Shown piece after piece: positions 47,422 to 56,004 of a DNA stretch of 64,000 nucleotides (position 1 is its first letter; each line of letters begins with the position of its first letter). Under the pieces are notes generated by a model. It was not told the origin of the DNA and searched no databases. It was given only the letters and a program-made list of their open reading frames with translations. Origin of the DNA: Dehalococcoidia bacterium (lineage in GTDB: Bacteria > Chloroflexota > Dehalococcoidia > Lucifugimonadales > JAGWBF01); assembly GCA_965247295.1 (NCBI GenBank), contig CBDFGQ010000006.1, positions 483,527 through 547,526 on the forward strand, written 5' to 3'. The translations under genes and the position numbers were made by a program.

Positions 47422-47823
47422 ATGACCCAGGTAGAGGATCAGGCCAGTCAAGCTGAGGAGCGAAGCCAGGAGACACGAAGCTTCGTGCGTCAGGTCCGTG
47501 CAGCGACCCGCCGTAAGTATACCCCTGAAGAGAAGATTCGCATCGTCTTGGAGGGGTTCAGACGGGAGACTACCGTTAATGACCTGTGCCGACGGGAAGG
47601 AATCAAACCCCACTCCTACTACGCCTGGACGAAGGGGTTTATGGAAGCTGGGAAGGAGAGGTTGACTCGGGACAGTGTGCGTGATGCGACCCGGCAAGAG
47701 ATAGAGCAGCTCAAGCGGGAGAACAGTGAACTGAAGCAGCTGGTGGGTGAGTTGTCCCTGGAGTTGCACCGCTTCAAAAAAACAGCTCTGCCGCCCCTAC
47801 ACGACAACGGCACCGGCGCATGA
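47422..47823 (+). CDS. IS3-family transposase OrfA
   Basis: Identical in length and protein sequence to 31380-31781 (two silent substitutions). Confidence 0.85.
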   Translation: MTQVEDQASQAEERSQETRSFVRQVRAATRRKYTPEEKIRIVLEGFRRETTVNDLCRREGIKPHSYYAWTKGFMEAGKERLTRDSVRDATRQEIEQLKRENSELKQLVGELSLELHRFKKTALPPLHDNGTGA

Positions 47824-48839
47824 GCGTAGTGGAACAATCGAAGGTCGTGGCTGAGGTGGAGCGACATGGTAGAGGGAAGAACAGGCGACTCAGGGAGCTT
47901 GGCATTTCCAGGAGCACGTATTATTGGTGGAGGTGGAGGCACCGGCAGGGTAGTTGGGAGGGTACGGAAGGAACTGAGAGGCCCTGGAATCGCCTGCGTC
48001 CAGAAGAGGAGGCAGTAGTGCTGGCGGCAGCCCGTGAGATGCCGACCTGGCGAAGCCGGCAGTTGGCGGCTTGGCTCACCGACCACAGAGGCCTATCGGT
48101 CTCCGCCTCCACAGTCTATCGTATCCTGAGACGGGAGGGTCTGGTGAAACGGATCGAATACCAGTTGGCAGCGGGCAAAGAGTACCAGCACAAGACCACA
48201 GGGCCCCACCAGCTGTGGGCCACCGATGCCTCCTACTTCCGTGTAGTGGGATGGGGCTACTACTACCTCGTGACGGTGATGGACGACTACTCCCGGTTCA
48301 TCTTGGCCTGGAAGGTGCAACGGGACATGACGGCCGACTCCCTCATAGAGGTGGTCCAGGAAGCTGTTGACTCTACTGGTATGACTGATGTACCTCTGGA
48401 GGATCGGACCAAGCTCCTCTCAGATAATGGCCCAGGTTATGTATCGCGGGCCTTCCGCGAGTACATGCGGGTGGTGGGCATTCGCCACGTCCTGGCAGCA
48501 CCCTATCACCCTCAGACCAACGGGAAGCTGGAGAGATATCACCGAACCCTCAAAGACGACATTAACCAGGTGCCATACGAGGTGGTGGAAGACCTGGAGG
48601 CGGCCATCCGGGACTTCGTCGAGTTCTACAACTACCGAAGATATCATCAGGCGCTCAGGGTTGTAACTCCGGCTGACGTGCTGGAAGGCCGTCTGGAGGC
48701 AATTCTAGCCCAGAGGAAGGAGGTACAGCGAGAGACTTTTGACCGGCGGAGGCGGTACAATCAGGAGGTCAGAGAAACCCTCAAACCAGGAGCTTCTTCA
48801 CCCCAATCTCTCGGACCCAGAACTGTCCAAAACCGCTGA
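47820..48839 (+). CDS. IS3-family transposase OrfB
   Basis: Same as 31778-32797 apart from one V-to-A difference. Confidence 0.85.
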   Translation: MSVVEQSKVVAEVERHGRGKNRRLRELGISRSTYYWWRWRHRQGSWEGTEGTERPWNRLRPEEEAVVLAAAREMPTWRSRQLAAWLTDHRGLSVSASTVYRILRREGLVKRIEYQLAAGKEYQHKTTGPHQLWATDASYFRVVGWGYYYLVTVMDDYSRFILAWKVQRDMTADSLIEVVQEAVDSTGMTDVPLEDRTKLLSDNGPGYVSRAFREYMRVVGIRHVLAAPYHPQTNGKLERYHRTLKDDINQVPYEVVEDLEAAIRDFVEFYNYRRYHQALRVVTPADVLEGRLEAILAQRKEVQRETFDRRRRYNQEVRETLKPGASSPQSLGPRTVQNR

Positions 48840-48850
48840 CACCCAACAGC

Positions 48851-49103
48851 TGCGAAGGGAAAGCCAAGCAAGAGGCAGTCCGTGAATTGATTGCTCTCGT
48901 AAGAAAATTAGGAGGCACAATCGCCACTTTCGCCCATTCCCAGGATGAACTCAGGCGGGTGCTGAATGGCGCTGCCCTCTACTTGGAGTCACCTGACGGT
49001 CGAGGAGCCGTTGTCTTCGAGTCCAGAAGACGCGGGGTAACAAAATCCGACCTACTGCTTCTCGCGGAGTCCGTTGACAACGAACTTAGTGCGGCTGGGA
49101 TTG
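48851..49103 (+). pseudogene. Internal fragment of an unidentified gene trapped between two IS elements
   Basis: The frame is open from the IS copy B end (CEGKAKQEAVRELIALVRKLGG...) and its stop codon lies inside the next IS (49109-49111). Confidence 0.3.
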
Positions 49104-49166
49104 TGAGGTAGGATGGAAAAAATGGACACCAAAGTCGGAGTAGGATAATACGACGGAGGTGTCAGA

Positions 49167-49481
49167 ATGAAAAGGGTTCCACAAGGAAGGTACAGCAGGG
49201 AATTCCGGCAGGAAGCAGTGAGGCTGGTAACAGAAGAGAAGCTATCATTGCCAGAGGCAGGCCGCCGGCTGTCCTTGCCGCCATCGACATTAGGGTACTG
49301 GGTGAAGGCACATAGGGCTGGCAAACTGGGAGATGTGGGCAAGACGTACAGGCCCATGACAGAAGTAGAGATGGACCTTGCCCGGACGAAGAAGGAACTG
49401 GCGGAAGTGAAGATGGAGCGGGACATACTAAAAAAAGCAGCCGCGTACTTTGCCAGGGAGTCGCTGCCCGGTACGCGATGA
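49167..49481 (+). CDS. IS3-family transposase OrfA
   Basis: YSREFRQEAVRLV...LGYWVKA HTH typical of IS3/IS911-type OrfA. Confidence 0.85.
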   Translation: MKRVPQGRYSREFRQEAVRLVTEEKLSLPEAGRRLSLPPSTLGYWVKAHRAGKLGDVGKTYRPMTEVEMDLARTKKELAEVKMERDILKKAAAYFARESLPGTR

Positions 49482-50341
49482 TGAAAGAACTGCGGCTCGA
49501 CTACCCCAAATGTGTCTTGGGCCGGTTGTTGAACGTATCGGCCAGTGGCTACTATGCCTGGGTGGACCGGCCATCGTCCAGGCGAGCACAGGAGGAAGTG
49601 CGGCTGGAGCTGGAGATCAGGGCAGCCCACAAGCGGACGAGACAGACCTATGGCCCGGAACGGTTACAGCGCGACCTGGCGGAGCATGGCGTTCGGGTGG
49701 GCATCTGTCGCATCAAGCGTATCCGAAAGAAGCTTGGCATACGCTGCAGGCAGAAGAGGAGATTCAAGGCCACCACCGACTCCGGGCACAGACTACCGGT
49801 TGCGGATAACATATTGGGCCAGCAGTTCAAGGTCTGGAGGCCGAACACTGTGTGGGTGAGTGACATCACCTATATACCGACCGATGAGGGCTGGCTATAT
49901 CTGGCGGGCCACAAGGACCTGTTCACCGGAGAGATTGTGGGCTATGCCATGGGAGAGCGGATGACCAAGAACCTGGTTAGTCAGTCTCTATTGCGGGCGC
50001 TGAGAGCCAAACGTCCAGCGAGGGGCCTGATGCATCACTCTGACCGAGGCAGTCAGTATTGCTCCCAGGAATACAGAGGTTTTCTCGAGCGGTCTGGCCT
50101 GCGATCTTCCATGAGCGGGAAGGGGAACTGCTTTGATAATGCTCCGATGGAGAGCTTCTGGGCCACACTCAAGCAGGAGTTGGTCCACCACCGTCATTAC
50201 AGAAGCAGGCAGGAGGCAGCTCGAGAGATCACGGAATATATCGAGCTCTTCTATAACCGCCAGCGCCGCCAGGCCAGGCTGGGGTTCCTGTCACCCGCGG
50301 CGTATGAGCAGAGATTCTATGCCGGACTACCAGCAGCATGA
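49478..50341 (+). CDS. IS3-family transposase OrfB (rve integrase core)
   Basis: VWVSDITYI...HSDRGSQYCS...GNCFDNAPMESFW DDE core motifs. Confidence 0.85.
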   Translation: MMKELRLDYPKCVLGRLLNVSASGYYAWVDRPSSRRAQEEVRLELEIRAAHKRTRQTYGPERLQRDLAEHGVRVGICRIKRIRKKLGIRCRQKRRFKATTDSGHRLPVADNILGQQFKVWRPNTVWVSDITYIPTDEGWLYLAGHKDLFTGEIVGYAMGERMTKNLVSQSLLRALRAKRPARGLMHHSDRGSQYCSQEYRGFLERSGLRSSMSGKGNCFDNAPMESFWATLKQELVHHRHYRSRQEAAREITEYIELFYNRQRRQARLGFLSPAAYEQRFYAGLPAA

Positions 50342-50375
50342 AAGGTTTGGTGTCCACTATTTACGTCCGACCTCA

Positions 50376-51310
50376 AGGTGTGCTGCGCCCTGTTCCACGG
50401 CTTCGACTGGTCCAAGTGGACCACGGGCACTGCCACGGAGAGGGTTGGACTGCTGCCGGCTGCTCAGGAGCATATTCTGGCCCAAGAGAACGGCAAGGAG
50501 CGCTGCGTGAGCACGGTGAGAGAGCTGTCCCAAGCCTTCGCTCTCGCCGTACCACACGAGGAAACCTTGCGCATCCGGGACGACGTGGGCTTCTTCCAGG
50601 CGGTGCAGTCGGTGCTGTCCAAGAGCGCCATCGGAGAGTCGCGGACGGAAGAGGACATGGATCACGCCGTGCGCCAAATCATCTCCCGCGCTGTGGCATC
50701 TGAGGGGGTGATGGACATCTTCGCAGCAGCAGGGCTGGACAAGCCGGACATCTCGGTGTTGTCGGACGAGTTCCTGGCCGAAGTGCAGGGTATGCCCCAT
50801 CGCAACCTGGCCGTTGAACTGCTCCAGAAGCTGTTGAAGGGGGAGGTCTCCGCTAGACGGCGGAAGAACGTTGTGCAGGCCCGCTCCTTTGCCGAGTTGC
50901 TGGAGCAAACTCTGCGGAGATACCAGAACCGTGCCGTCGAGGCGGCTCAGGTGATCGAGGAGCTGATATAGCTGGCCAAGGAGATGCGGGAGGCCAGCGC
51001 TCGCGGCGAGAAGCTGGGCCTCTCGGAGGACGAGTTGGCCTTCTACGACGCCCTGGAGATCAACGACAGCGCCGTCCAGGTGCTAGGAGACGAGACGCTG
51101 CGAAACATAGCCCGTGAGCTGGCCGAAACCGTCCGGAGGAACGTCACCATCGACTGGACGCTGCGGGAAAACGTGCGCGCCCAGTTGCGGGTCCTTGTCA
51201 GGCGCATCCTTCGCAAGCACGGCTACCCGCCGGACAAGCAGGAGAAGGCAACCCTGACCGTCCTGGAGCAGGCGGAGGTGCTGTCACACGGGTGGGCAGG
51301 GGCCGCTTGA
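50376..51310 (+). pseudogene. C-terminal remnant of a second type I HsdR, 5'-truncated by the IS and carrying an in-frame TAG at 50969-50971
   Basis: FHGFDWSKW...[10 protein letters not shown]...FLAEV...LLKGEV...RNVVQARSF then [15 protein letters not shown]...[14 protein letters not shown]...[10 protein letters not shown] is the conserved HsdR C-terminal domain. Confidence 0.75.
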
Positions 51311-51430
51311 CGGCCGTCGGACTTATCGCCATTCGACACTTCTAAACTGAACCGCAGTTCCGACGGCCTGCTCGCTGGCGGAGACGCAGGCCTGTAGTTG
51401 GAATCGGACCTACTTCGTGGCTGGCCTGCT

Positions 51431-52558
51431 TCAAGTTGTTGCATCTCGTTGGTCATAGGCCTCAGCGATTCTCTTCCCCTCAATCTGGTCGGGTTCCAGT
51501 GCCTGCAGCTGGCATTTCTGCCATGAATCACTGATGTACTCGCAGTGTTGTCTGTTTTCTTGCTGAACGCAGTCTGGCCACGGGCAAAGCTGTTTCCCAT
51601 CAGAGTCTGCCCTGATGGGCGTGCATAGTACGTCTCCTTCTGGACCTCCGAACATCCTTACCCAGTAGAACACGTTGGGATGGTGATATAGGAATATCTT
51701 GTGCTCCGTCAGCAGCGCCGTAATCCATTCGATCCATTTAGGCGCGGATTCCACGTAGTGTCTGAGATTGACTTGGGCTCCCAGAGGATTCTCCGCGTGA
51801 ATGATCTTGTTCAGTTGGTCGTATACGGTAACCAATCTGTCTTCCGTCAGGAAGTCTCCTTCTTTCTCCTTGGGCTCGGGGTAGTACGTGCTATGTATTC
51901 CTCTTAGGTCTGCCATGATCTTCTTGATGTTCCAGACCTTCCGAAGTTCGTCCTGTGATTTGCGCCAAGAGTCCTTGTTGGAAACCAGGGAGCTGAAGAC
52001 AATAAGTTCCAAGACCATCCGAAGCTGCAGGCACACAGACTCCACGCGGGTCTGGTTTCTGATCCCGGGCATCTCCATGAGCCGTTGGATAGCCTCTACC
52101 TTTAGCTTTATTTCCTCCATGAGGTCGGAGTACTGGTGGATGTCGAGTTCTTCGGCCTGTTTCATCTGCCATCCGCAGTTTGTACAGAATATGTTCCATC
52201 CCCACCCCACTGGATCGGCTCCCTGGAGTTCGAGCATGTCGTCTCCGCACTCAGGGCATATTTGGTACGCATTCCCATCAATCCCCTTGACCGGCTCGTT
52301 CGGTTGGAAATTCAAGCTCATGGCCAGGCCGTCGAACGTGGGTATCTCCCCACACTCGGGGCATGGTTTGGTCGGCATGATGCCGTATCTCAGGTACTGG
52401 AGGGCAGCTTCTTGATGGCCATCTGGACATTCTCCCCAGGGCTCTACCTGTACGGTTTCCGTGAACATCTCTGATGCTTCTCCACAGGTTCGCATCCCCA
52501 GGCATCGGCCAATGTTCTCGACGCTCTCCTCGGTCAATCGAAACTTTCTCCCATCCAC
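51431..52558 (-). CDS. Hypothetical protein with several CxxC zinc-ribbon-like motifs and a helical C-terminal domain
   Basis: CPECGEIP, CPECGDD...FCTNCGW motifs. Visibly lower GC than the core genome. GTG start. A possible upstream frame (52559-52721) suggests a frameshifted longer gene. Confidence 0.5.
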   Translation of the reverse strand: MDGRKFRLTEESVENIGRCLGMRTCGEASEMFTETVQVEPWGECPDGHQEAALQYLRYGIMPTKPCPECGEIPTFDGLAMSLNFQPNEPVKGIDGNAYQICPECGDDMLELQGADPVGWGWNIFCTNCGWQMKQAEELDIHQYSDLMEEIKLKVEAIQRLMEMPGIRNQTRVESVCLQLRMVLELIVFSSLVSNKDSWRKSQDELRKVWNIKKIMADLRGIHSTYYPEPKEKEGDFLTEDRLVTVYDQLNKIIHAENPLGAQVNLRHYVESAPKWIEWITALLTEHKIFLYHHPNVFYWVRMFGGPEGDVLCTPIRADSDGKQLCPWPDCVQQENRQHCEYISDSWQKCQLQALEPDQIEGKRIAEAYDQRDATT

Positions 52559-52963
52559 CCAGCTTAATCACATCTCCTGCTCGGTGCCTCTCGGTATCCC
52601 TGTTTGCCAGCGACCAACAAAGCCGTCCGTATGTTTCGGACTCCCCTGTCTTCAGGAGGTTCTCCAAGGGCTCTATCTTCGGGGCCTTCCCCCTCGTGTT
52701 GCCATTCCTCTTTTTGGTCATTCCACGCCAGTTTCTTCTTGCGCCTCGTCCTCGAATGTTCCAACAACGGCTTGATATCGGCTATTACTCTACCCCCACC
52801 AGGGCATCACATGGGTGTGCTGTCCTTGGCAGGGGCTCTGTGGATGCCTCATCCTTCACCATAGAGAAGCCCGGCGGCGCGATCGGCTTTCACCGCAGAG
52901 GCTGGCCGTTGGCTACACTGCTAGAGTAAAAGAAATGGTGAAGGTTCTTGATTTTGTCAAGTT

Positions 52964-53040
52964 TGGTGGGCCAGGAGGGATTCGAACCCTCGGTATCCCG
53001 ATTCAGAGTCGGGTGCTTTGCCAAGCTTAGCTACTGGCCC
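52964..53040 (-). tRNA. tRNA-Gln (anticodon CTG), CCA encoded
   Basis: Hand-folded 77-nt cloverleaf: acceptor GGGCCAG/CTGGCCC, anticodon arm CCCGA-CU-CTG-AA-TCGGG, T arm GAGGG-TTCGAAT-CCCTC, then A-CCA. Confidence 0.9.
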
Positions 53041-53054
53041 ACTCAGGTGTGTAG

Positions 53055-53101
53055 CTGCCAGGGACTGGCCTCAAGAACGAGTCCCTGGCAGTTTCTTTTT
53101 T
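53055..53101 (+). terminator. Intrinsic-terminator-like hairpin with T-run
   Basis: 11-bp stem ctgccagggac / gtccctggcag followed by tttcttttttt. Confidence 0.5.
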
Positions 53102-53295
53102 ACAAACAAAAAAGGGAAGCGCAGTAGGCTAGCTGCCTTGCGCTCCCCTCGTTTCTCTCTCTCTAGAAGGGAGGATTATATTCAGTTTTCTAGGCTGTTT
53201 GGTCTAGGCGGAGGGATTATACCAGAATGGTGCAACGCGGTCTTCCTTGTTCCCCGCAGGGGCGGGTGTTAGAATAGCCGCCGGAGGGGGCCCCA

Positions 53296-54168
53296 ATGCA
53301 GGTGCGTAAAGCCGTCATCCCTGCCGCCGGACTGGGCACTAGATTTCTTCCCACATCCAAGTCCGTGCCCAAGGAGCTACTGCCCATACTGGACAAGCCC
53401 ATGATCCAGCACCAGGTAGAGGAAGCGGCGGAAGCGGGCATCCGGCAGGTGATCATCGTCACCTCCCAGGGCAAAGAGGCGCTGGAGAGCTACTTCCGCC
53501 CCGACGCCGCGCTAGAACAACACCTTATGGACAGCGGCTCCCACGACCTGCTGGAGAAGGTACGGCTGATTTCATCCCTGGCCGAAGTCTCCTTCGTGAT
53601 GCAGGACCATCCCCGGGGCCTGGGCCATGCCGTCCTCACCGCCAAGGAGCTGGTGGGAGATGAGCCCTTCGTGGTCATGCTCCCTGACGATGTGATAGCG
53701 CACACCGAGGGCGCGACGCTACAGATGCTGCGGGTCTTCCAGAAGTACGGGGCCAGCGTGGTGGCTGTGGAGAAGGTGCCAATTGAGGCGCTGGGCAGCT
53801 ACGGCGTCGTAGACTCGTGGGCCGTAGATGAGGGGCTGCACCAGGTAAGGGGCCTTGTGGAAAAGCCGGCACCTGAGGACGCACCCTCCAACCTGGGCAT
53901 AGTGGGCAGGTACGTACTCACCCCGGAGATATTTCCCTGCCTTGAGCGCACGGCACCCGGAGCGAAAGGGGAGATTCAGCTTACTGACGGCATAGCCCTG
54001 CTGCTGGAGCGCCAGTCCGTCTATGCCTATGAGTTTCGAGGGACGCGGTACGATGGCGGGACCCCCCTTGGTCTCCTGAAGGCGTCGCTGGAGATGGGGC
54101 TGAGCCGGGAAGACACCCGGGCCCAGGTCCTGGAGACCCTGAAGGCCATCCAGCCCTCGCGGCCGTAA
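53296..54168 (+). CDS. galU: UTP-glucose-1-phosphate uridylyltransferase
   Basis: KAVIPAAGLGTRFLPTSKSVPKELLPI N-terminal signature. Confidence 0.9.
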   Translation: MQVRKAVIPAAGLGTRFLPTSKSVPKELLPILDKPMIQHQVEEAAEAGIRQVIIVTSQGKEALESYFRPDAALEQHLMDSGSHDLLEKVRLISSLAEVSFVMQDHPRGLGHAVLTAKELVGDEPFVVMLPDDVIAHTEGATLQMLRVFQKYGASVVAVEKVPIEALGSYGVVDSWAVDEGLHQVRGLVEKPAPEDAPSNLGIVGRYVLTPEIFPCLERTAPGAKGEIQLTDGIALLLERQSVYAYEFRGTRYDGGTPLGLLKASLEMGLSREDTRAQVLETLKAIQPSRP

Positions 54169-54353
54169 ATGAGATTGACCAGCATCAGGGACTGATGTGG
54201 GTATCTCGGGCCACGCTTCTGGGAGGGCCGGTGTGGAGTTGCAATGCTCCGATATGACTCCCTCGAGGGGCTGAAGGTGTGCGAGCACCAGCGCCTCTAG
54301 CGTCAAACCCACGGGACGAGGAGTGTCGCCGGCCCGGCGTATCGCGGGGATAT

Positions 54354-55985
54354 TCACGAAAGCGATCTCATAAGGAGCGTCGTTGACGACTCAGAGGGAT
54401 TCTTACCTTCAGGAAATTGAGGTGGGCCGGACTGGACGAAATCAAGAACCGAGGCCCCCTCACTGGTCACACCATCCCTTGGCATGGGTATCGTGTAGGT
54501 AAGGGTAGCTTCGTCGCCAACGATTTCGATGCCCTTCACGAAGTTTCGAATGAGGGCTTTTCGCTCTAGCATCGTTCCTTCTTGCAGACACGTGCGGAGG
54601 TCCTCGACGTACCCCTTGATCTCCTTGGTGTCTGGCAGATCGACCCTTCTCTGCTCCAGTTGGCTTTCTGCTTCTTCCCTGGCTGCCGTGAGCTGGTCCT
54701 GGCGATGCTTCAGGGCCAGAATGCGGGGCGAGAGGGCCTCCAAAGTCAGATGCTTGGTCTCCAGGGCTTCGTATAAGTTCCCCAGCCTGCTCTCAACATC
54801 TCCAAGCTCGGCCTCGACAGCCCCGAGTCTTCCGTCAAGCTCCCCGGCCATGGCGTCTATCTCTTCGGCGACGATGGTTACCAGCTCAGTGATGGTCTCG
54901 TCGGTGAGGATGCGCTCTTTAATCTTGTCGATGACGAAGCCCTCCACTTTGGGAGCGTTCAGGTAGCTGGCTTGGCAGGTTCCTGCCCCTTGCCGGTGAA
55001 GGGTGCCGCAGACGTAGTAGCCGTACTGACCGCTCTTGGCTCCCTGGCCGATGTAGGGCTTGCCGCAGGTACCACAGAGCAGCAACCCACTCAACAGGAA
55101 CTTGCTCCCCACGCGGGCCGGTCTCTGCACTTTCGGCGCGCGTTCCTTTAGGCCCTGCTGCACGTTCTCGAACAAGTCTCTTGAGACCAGTGCCTCCCAA
55201 GCTCCCTCCACTCGTACAGGGTCGGGCTCCTTGTCACCCTTCGTCGTTCTGCCCCAGACCGAAGTCCCTGTGTAGGCTTCGTTGGTCAGCAGGTAGTGAA
55301 GGCCGGTCTTGTGCCAGCGCCATCCCTTATTGGTGATGCCCCGCTCGTTCAGCTCCTTGCATATCTCCTTCAGGCCGTTACCCATGAGAGAACTCTCGAA
55401 CACCTCCCTCACTATCGGAGCCGTGGCGGGGTCAAGCTTCAACGTAGGACGCTCCTTTGCCCCGTCGGATACTTTGACCCGCTTGTATCCGAAGGGAGCC
55501 TTGGAACCCAGGAAGAAGCCCCGTGACGCGGCCTCCCGCATACCCCGTGTGACCTCCTGGGCAAGATTCTCCGAGTAAAATTCGTCCACGCTCTCGATGA
55601 TGGCTTCCATGAGCTTGCCAGTAGGGGAGTCGTCGGCGTGCTCGGTGATGGAGACTACCCTGACACCCTTCCTACGCAGCATGGACTTGAAGGCCACAGC
55701 ATGCTCCCGCTTGCGGGTGAACCGGGAGAACTTCCACACTAGAATCTCTTGGAAGGGGGCATTGGGCTTGCTCCCCTCCTCTATCATCATGCGGAACTGG
55801 GGCCGGTCGGCGACGCGCCCGCTCTCGGCCTCGTCGACGTATTCTCGTGCAACAATGTAGCCATTGGCCTGGGCGTAGTTCCTGAGCGCCCGGAGTTGGG
55901 CGGCTATCGAGAGGTCCACGTCCTGCCGGTCACTGGACACCCTGGCGTAGAGGGCTGCTGGTGTGAGGGCTTGTTTATGTTTCAT
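54354..55985 (-). CDS. Large serine recombinase (integrase)
   Basis: ALYARVSSDRQD catalytic-Ser motif, recombinase domain, zinc ribbon (CGTCGKPY...YVCG) and coiled coil. ATG 55985 is preceded by AGGAG; the track start at 56048 is probably too early. Confidence 0.85.
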   Translation of the reverse strand: MKHKQALTPAALYARVSSDRQDVDLSIAAQLRALRNYAQANGYIVAREYVDEAESGRVADRPQFRMMIEEGSKPNAPFQEILVWKFSRFTRKREHAVAFKSMLRRKGVRVVSITEHADDSPTGKLMEAIIESVDEFYSENLAQEVTRGMREAASRGFFLGSKAPFGYKRVKVSDGAKERPTLKLDPATAPIVREVFESSLMGNGLKEICKELNERGITNKGWRWHKTGLHYLLTNEAYTGTSVWGRTTKGDKEPDPVRVEGAWEALVSRDLFENVQQGLKERAPKVQRPARVGSKFLLSGLLLCGTCGKPYIGQGAKSGQYGYYVCGTLHRQGAGTCQASYLNAPKVEGFVIDKIKERILTDETITELVTIVAEEIDAMAGELDGRLGAVEAELGDVESRLGNLYEALETKHLTLEALSPRILALKHRQDQLTAAREEAESQLEQRRVDLPDTKEIKGYVEDLRTCLQEGTMLERKALIRNFVKGIEIVGDEATLTYTIPMPRDGVTSEGASVLDFVQSGPPQFPEGKNPSESSTTLLMRSLS

Positions 55986-56004
55986 GATTGAGTTCTCCTG
56001 ATGG

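Larger units (their letters stand above)
47310..48848 (+). mobile_element. IS3-family insertion sequence, copy B (1539 bp), same orientation as copy A
   Basis: Collinear with 31268-32806 with only a handful of substitutions seen by eye (e.g. 47349, 47356, 47629, 47638, 48334). A7 slippery run at 47776-47782. Confidence 0.85.
49104..50375 (+). mobile_element. Second, unrelated IS3-family insertion sequence (1272 bp)
   Basis: About 31-bp imperfect terminal inverted repeats starting TGAGGT... (left tgaggtaggatggaaaaaatggacaccaaag; right reverse complement tgaggtcggacgtaaatagtggacaccaaac). orfA/orfB with A AAA AAA G at 49430-49437. Confidence 0.8.

Noticed and set aside
31268-48848. Interpretation of the two IS3 copies plus intervening DNA as an active composite transposon.
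   Set aside because: No outer target-site duplication is present (gat versus gct) and the flanking genes are truncated. It is kept only as a recombination-prone architecture, not a demonstrated transposon.
52278-52721. 147-aa minus-strand ORF overlapping the start of the Zn-ribbon gene.
   Set aside because: Only its first ~55 codons look protein-like; the rest is Arg/Pro/Gly-rich out-of-frame sequence of the 375-aa gene. It is treated as evidence for a possible frameshift rather than as a separate gene.
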